The notes under the pieces were generated by a model. The model had not been told where the DNA came from. It was given only the letters and a program-made list of their open reading frames with translations, and ran no database searches. Below, in pieces: positions 60,007 to 64,000 of a stretch of DNA of 64,000 nucleotides. Position 1 is the first letter of the stretch, and each line of letters starts with the position of its first letter. The stretch spans positions 2,624,001 through 2,688,000 of the forward strand of contig OZ244561.1 in assembly GCA_965217585.1 (NCBI GenBank), given 5' to 3'. Source of the stretch: Candidatus Latescibacterota bacterium (GTDB lineage: Bacteria > Latescibacterota > UBA2968 > UBA8231). Both the position numbers and the translations under genes were made by a program.

Positions 60007-62958
60007 ATGAACAGACGAGTCTGTGGGGCCTTGCTGTCGCTGTTGTCGCTGTCGCTTGCGGGAGCGGCGTTTGCCGGCGATGTCGATTGGCCGTACTACG
60101 GGGCCGACCAAGGCGGCACCCGCTACACCCCGGCGGACCAGATCAATCGCGACAACTTCGATCAGTTGCGCGTGATCTGGCGCTACCGCCCCCCCGATCA
60201 GCAGATCTATGAGACGGCTGGCCCCAACCCGGAGGGACGCAACCTCAGCTTCGACAACAACCGCGGCACGCCGCTGGCCGTCAACGGCGTGATCTACTAT
60301 GCCTCGCCCTTCAACATTCTCGTGGCTCTCGACGGCCAAAGCGGCGAGGAACTGTGGACTTTCGACCCAGAGGCTTGGCGGATGAACTTCCGCTTTTTGG
60401 GCAATTTGCGCGGAGTTGGCTATTGGACCGATGGCGAGGTCGAGCGGATCTTTCTGGCCACTTCGACTTCCCATTTGTATTCCATCGACGCCAAGACCGG
60501 CCTGCCCGACCCGGACTTCGGCGAGGGTGGACGCGTCGATTTGGGGGCCTCGCTACGCCGGCCGCTGGGCGAAAGGGATCGCTGGAACTACGGAGTCACA
60601 TCCCAGCCCGTGGTCTGCCGAAGCGTGGTCGCCGTTGGCTCGGCTATGGGCGACTGGCGCTTCCAGCCGCCGCCCGAGTACACCCCTCCCGGCGACGTGC
60701 AGGCCTTTGACGCGCGTACCGGCGAGAAGGTATGGGAATTCCACACGATCCCGTTAGAGGGCGAATACGGCAACGAGACGTGGGAAAGCGATGCGTGGAG
60801 AAAGTACGGCGCGGCCAATGTCTGGGCTACGATGACGGCCGACGAGGAGTTAGGCTACCTCTACCTGCCGGTGAGCACAGCTAGCCACGACTACTACGGC
60901 GGCGAGCGCCCCGGCGACAACCTCTTCAGCGAGTCGGTCGTCTGTCTGAAAGCCGACACCGGCGAGCGAGTTTGGCACTACCAGCTCGTCCATCACGGTC
61001 TGTGGGACTATGACCCACCGGTTGCACCTCTGCTGTTGGACGTGGTCGTGGCTGGCCAAGTGCGCAAGGTCGTCGCCCAGCTAACCAAACAGGCCTTTTG
61101 CTTCGTCTTTGATCGCGTGACCGGCGAGCCGATCTGGCCGATCGTCGAACGGCCGGTGCCCCAATCGCAGGTGCCCAGCGAAAAGACGGCCCCGACGCAA
61201 CCCTTTCCGACCAAGCCTGCTCCCTTCGAACGCCAAGGCATCAGCGAGGACGACCTCATTGACTTTACGCCCGAGTTGCGCGAGGAAGCCAAGGCCATTC
61301 TCGCCGAATACGACTATGGTCCGCTCTACACGCCGCCAACGGAGCAGGGCGTCTTATCAGTCCCCGGTCAATGGGGCGGTGCCGACTGGGCGGGCGGTGC
61401 GGCGGATCCGCGCACGGGAGTACTCTACGTACCGTCGCACATGGCCATTACCACCGTGGAGTTGCATCGGGTAGATGACCCGGAGGCTCATTCGGCGTTT
61501 TCTGCTAGCAATAACATGCACGTCGTCGGCCCTCGGGGCCTACCGCTGGTCAAACCCCCGTACGGCAGTATCACCGCCATTGACCTCAACAGCGGCGAAC
61601 ACCTGTGGCAGACGACGGTAGGCAAGGGGCCGGTCGATCATCCGGCGCTCAAAGGGCACGACTTGCCGGATATGGGCTGGGACAACCGAACCTTTGTCCT
61701 AGCCACGCCGAGCCTCCTGTTGGCCACTTCGCAGGACCCGCACGGCTTAGCCGACGCCGGCGAGGATTACTTCGTCGATCGCGACGCGTACCTGCGGGCG
61801 TACGAGCTGGCGTCGGGCGAGGAAATCGGCCGCGTCGAATTGCCCAGCAATGCCTATGGCGCGCCGATGAGCTATACGGCCGGCGGCCGTCAGTTCGTGG
61901 TCCTGCCGCTAGGTAACTATCTAGGCGAATCGGGTCGCCCGCCCGAATTGGTCGCCTTGGCCATTCCGCACGAGGGCGAGGAACTGCCGCCCCAAGGCCG
62001 CGACCGCGGCGATGCCGATCACGGAGCCTTTTACGAAGCTGTAAAAGCCATTGATGCCGGAGACCGCGAGACGCTACAGAAACTGCTCGCGGAGTACCCC
62101 GAGCTAACGACGGCACGCGGCTATTCCGACGAGTACTACGAATATCCTTACTTTCGTGGAGCCACTCTCTTGCACCACCTCGCCGGCGAGCCGCAACGAG
62201 CGCCGCTACCCGAAAACGCGGTTAAACTAGCTGCTGCCCTGCTCTCAGCCGGTGCCGACCCCAACGCCACCACGTATGACTCGGTCGCTGTGCTGGACTT
62301 GGTGATAAGCAGTGCCCAGCTCGGTTGGGCTGGGAATAAGGACGAGATGGTTCAGCTCTTGGCCGCCGAGGGCGTGGACTTAGGGCGCAACCGAGGTCGG
62401 GTGCTGTGGGACGCGCTTATCGAGGGAGAATTGGAGCTAGCTCGCATGTTGATCGCGGTGGGTGCGCCCGTGGATTTGCGCTTTGCCGCCGGGGTCAACC
62501 GCGTTGATCTGATGGCGGAATTCTTCGACTCGGAGGGCAAGTTGAAAGAGGGAACCGGCCATCTCTACCACCCGGACCCGGACACTGTGCTGACCGCCGA
62601 GCAGATTATAGTGGAAGCACTCAATTTTGCGGCCTATAGCGGCGCGTTGGAAGCGGCGGAATTCTTGCTGGATCGAGGTGCGGATATCGACGGCTTTGCC
62701 GGTGAGTTTCACCGTTACGACCACGGCAGTACGCCTCTGCACAAAACCGCCATGGCCAACCAGCTAGAGATGGCCCGCCTGCTCTTGGCGCGGGGCGCGA
62801 ACTCGCTCCTGGGGGACCGGGCCTATGACACCACGCCTTATGGGTGGACCAACTACTTGGATACCTCTAAGGCCCTCGACGAGCTGCTCAAAGAGCACTA
62901 TGAGGCCGCCGTAGAGAAGGCGGGTACCCGAACGGAAGAGGAGAAATCCGATGAATAA
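60007..62958 (+). CDS. Secreted PQQ-dependent dehydrogenase (quinoprotein GDH-like) fused to C-terminal ankyrin repeats
   Basis: DWPYYG...TRY, TPL, W.F.P, HHGLWDYD, TQPFPTKP, KPPYG; C-terminal TPLH..A..N.LE..RLLL.RGA ankyrin repeats. Confidence 0.88.
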   Translation: MNRRVCGALLSLLSLSLAGAAFAGDVDWPYYGADQGGTRYTPADQINRDNFDQLRVIWRYRPPDQQIYETAGPNPEGRNLSFDNNRGTPLAVNGVIYYASPFNILVALDGQSGEELWTFDPEAWRMNFRFLGNLRGVGYWTDGEVERIFLATSTSHLYSIDAKTGLPDPDFGEGGRVDLGASLRRPLGERDRWNYGVTSQPVVCRSVVAVGSAMGDWRFQPPPEYTPPGDVQAFDARTGEKVWEFHTIPLEGEYGNETWESDAWRKYGAANVWATMTADEELGYLYLPVSTASHDYYGGERPGDNLFSESVVCLKADTGERVWHYQLVHHGLWDYDPPVAPLLLDVVVAGQVRKVVAQLTKQAFCFVFDRVTGEPIWPIVERPVPQSQVPSEKTAPTQPFPTKPAPFERQGISEDDLIDFTPELREEAKAILAEYDYGPLYTPPTEQGVLSVPGQWGGADWAGGAADPRTGVLYVPSHMAITTVELHRVDDPEAHSAFSASNNMHVVGPRGLPLVKPPYGSITAIDLNSGEHLWQTTVGKGPVDHPALKGHDLPDMGWDNRTFVLATPSLLLATSQDPHGLADAGEDYFVDRDAYLRAYELASGEEIGRVELPSNAYGAPMSYTAGGRQFVVLPLGNYLGESGRPPELVALAIPHEGEELPPQGRDRGDADHGAFYEAVKAIDAGDRETLQKLLAEYPELTTARGYSDEYYEYPYFRGATLLHHLAGEPQRAPLPENAVKLAAALLSAGADPNATTYDSVAVLDLVISSAQLGWAGNKDEMVQLLAAEGVDLGRNRGRVLWDALIEGELELARMLIAVGAPVDLRFAAGVNRVDLMAEFFDSEGKLKEGTGHLYHPDPDTVLTAEQIIVEALNFAAYSGALEAAEFLLDRGADIDGFAGEFHRYDHGSTPLHKTAMANQLEMARLLLARGANSLLGDRAYDTTPYGWTNYLDTSKALDELLKEHYEAAVEKAGTRTEEEKSDE

Positions 62959-64000
62959 ACGCGTCTGTCGGGCCTTGTCGGTCTTGTTATCGCTATCGAT
63001 CGCGACAGCGGCGTTTACCAGCGATGTTGATTGGCCGTACTACGGGGCCGATCAGGGCGGCACCCGCTACACCCCCGCCGACCAGATCAATCGCGACAAT
63101 TTCGATCAGTTGCGCGTGGTCTGGCGCTACAGGCCCCGCGACCAGCAGATATCCGAAACGGCTAGGGCTAGCCGGGGTCGGGATCGGGGCCAAGGTGGTC
63201 GGCGGCGCGGCGGATTCCGCCTCGGTTTCGACAACAATCGCGGCACGCCGGTCGCCATTAACGGCGTGCTTTACTATGGCTCGCCCTACAACATCCTCTC
63301 GGCCATTGACGGCCAAAGTGGCGAGGAACTGTGGGCGTTCGATCCGGAGTCTTGGCAGGCCAGTTCCATGTTCTTGGGCAATTCGCGCGGGGTGAGCTAT
63401 TGGACCGATGGTGAGGTTGAGCGGGTCTTTCTGGCCACTTCGACCGCTCATCTGTACTCCATAGACGCCAAAACCGGCATCCCCGACTCGACTTTTGGCG
63501 AGGGCGGGCGCGTCGATTTAGGGGCCTTACTGCGCCGGCCGTTGAGCGAACGGGAGCGCAGGGGCTACGGAGTTACCGCCCCGCCCGTGGTCTGCCGAGG
63601 CGTGGTCGCCGTTGGCTCGGCGATCATGGATGTGCGCGGCCGGCCGCCAGCCGAGTACATACCCCCGGGCGATGTGCAGGCCTTCGATGCGCGTAGCGGC
63701 GAGAAGGTGTGGGAATTCCACACGATCCCGCAGGAGGGCGAGTACGGCAACGAGACGTGGGGGTACGCTGCGTGGAAAACCTACGGCGCGGCCAATGTGT
63801 GGGCTACGATGACGGCCGATGAGGAACTGGGAAACCTCTACCTGCCGGTGAGCACGGCCAGCCACGACTACTACGGCGGCGAGCGCCCCGGCGACAACCT
63901 CTTCAGCGAGTCGGTCGTCTGTCTGAAAGCCGAGACTGGCGAGCGGGTGTGGCACTACCAGCTAGTCCACCACGGCCTGTGGGATTACGACCCGCCGGCC
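62951..64000 (+). CDS. Second PQQ-dependent dehydrogenase paralog, runs off the window end
   Basis: MNKRVCRAL..SDVDWPYYGADQGGTRYTPADQINRDNF..HHGLWDYDPP; long near-identical DNA stretches with the upstream gene; absent from the ORF track because no stop is reached. Confidence 0.88.
   Translation, partial: MNKRVCRALSVLLSLSIATAAFTSDVDWPYYGADQGGTRYTPADQINRDNFDQLRVVWRYRPRDQQISETARASRGRDRGQGGRRRGGFRLGFDNNRGTPVAINGVLYYGSPYNILSAIDGQSGEELWAFDPESWQASSMFLGNSRGVSYWTDGEVERVFLATSTAHLYSIDAKTGIPDSTFGEGGRVDLGALLRRPLSERERRGYGVTAPPVVCRGVVAVGSAIMDVRGRPPAEYIPPGDVQAFDARSGEKVWEFHTIPQEGEYGNETWGYAAWKTYGAANVWATMTADEELGNLYLPVSTASHDYYGGERPGDNLFSESVVCLKAETGERVWHYQLVHHGLWDYDPPA

Overview
Bacterial chromosomal window spanning the replication origin. 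The left third is core genome: sucCD, rplU-rpmA, RNase E/G, S41 protease, tmk, rsmG-mnmE-yidC-yidD-rnpA-rpmH on the minus strand, then dnaA-oriC-dnaN-recF-dciA-gyrB-gyrA and three tRNAs on the plus strand. It also carries two parS sites and a second DnaA-box cluster about 6 kb from oriC. The right two-thirds is GC-richer accessory metabolism: sugar ABC transporter, three sulfatases, sugar-acid enzymes, ABC-2 exporter, squalene synthase, PCuAC/SCO, vanadium haloperoxidase, cfa and tandem PQQ dehydrogenases, one fused to ankyrin repeats. The gene content and the secreted proteins with an NYPNPFN-type C-terminal domain suggest an FCB-group organism (Latescibacterota-like, possibly a marine host-associated lineage); this is inference only. 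The best candidate for an undescribed system is a ~3.4 kb cassette at 47.3-50.8 kb: promoter, boxA-like and structured leader, SAMHD1/YwfO-like HD dNTPase, and a coupled YwgA/Panacea-like protein, converging on a PD-(D/E)XK nuclease with a SeqA-like C-terminal domain and flanked by a SLOG/DprA-like remnant. Also striking is a GyrA C-gate-like helical module inserted into the S41 protease. All family assignments are from motif recognition by eye; no searches were run.
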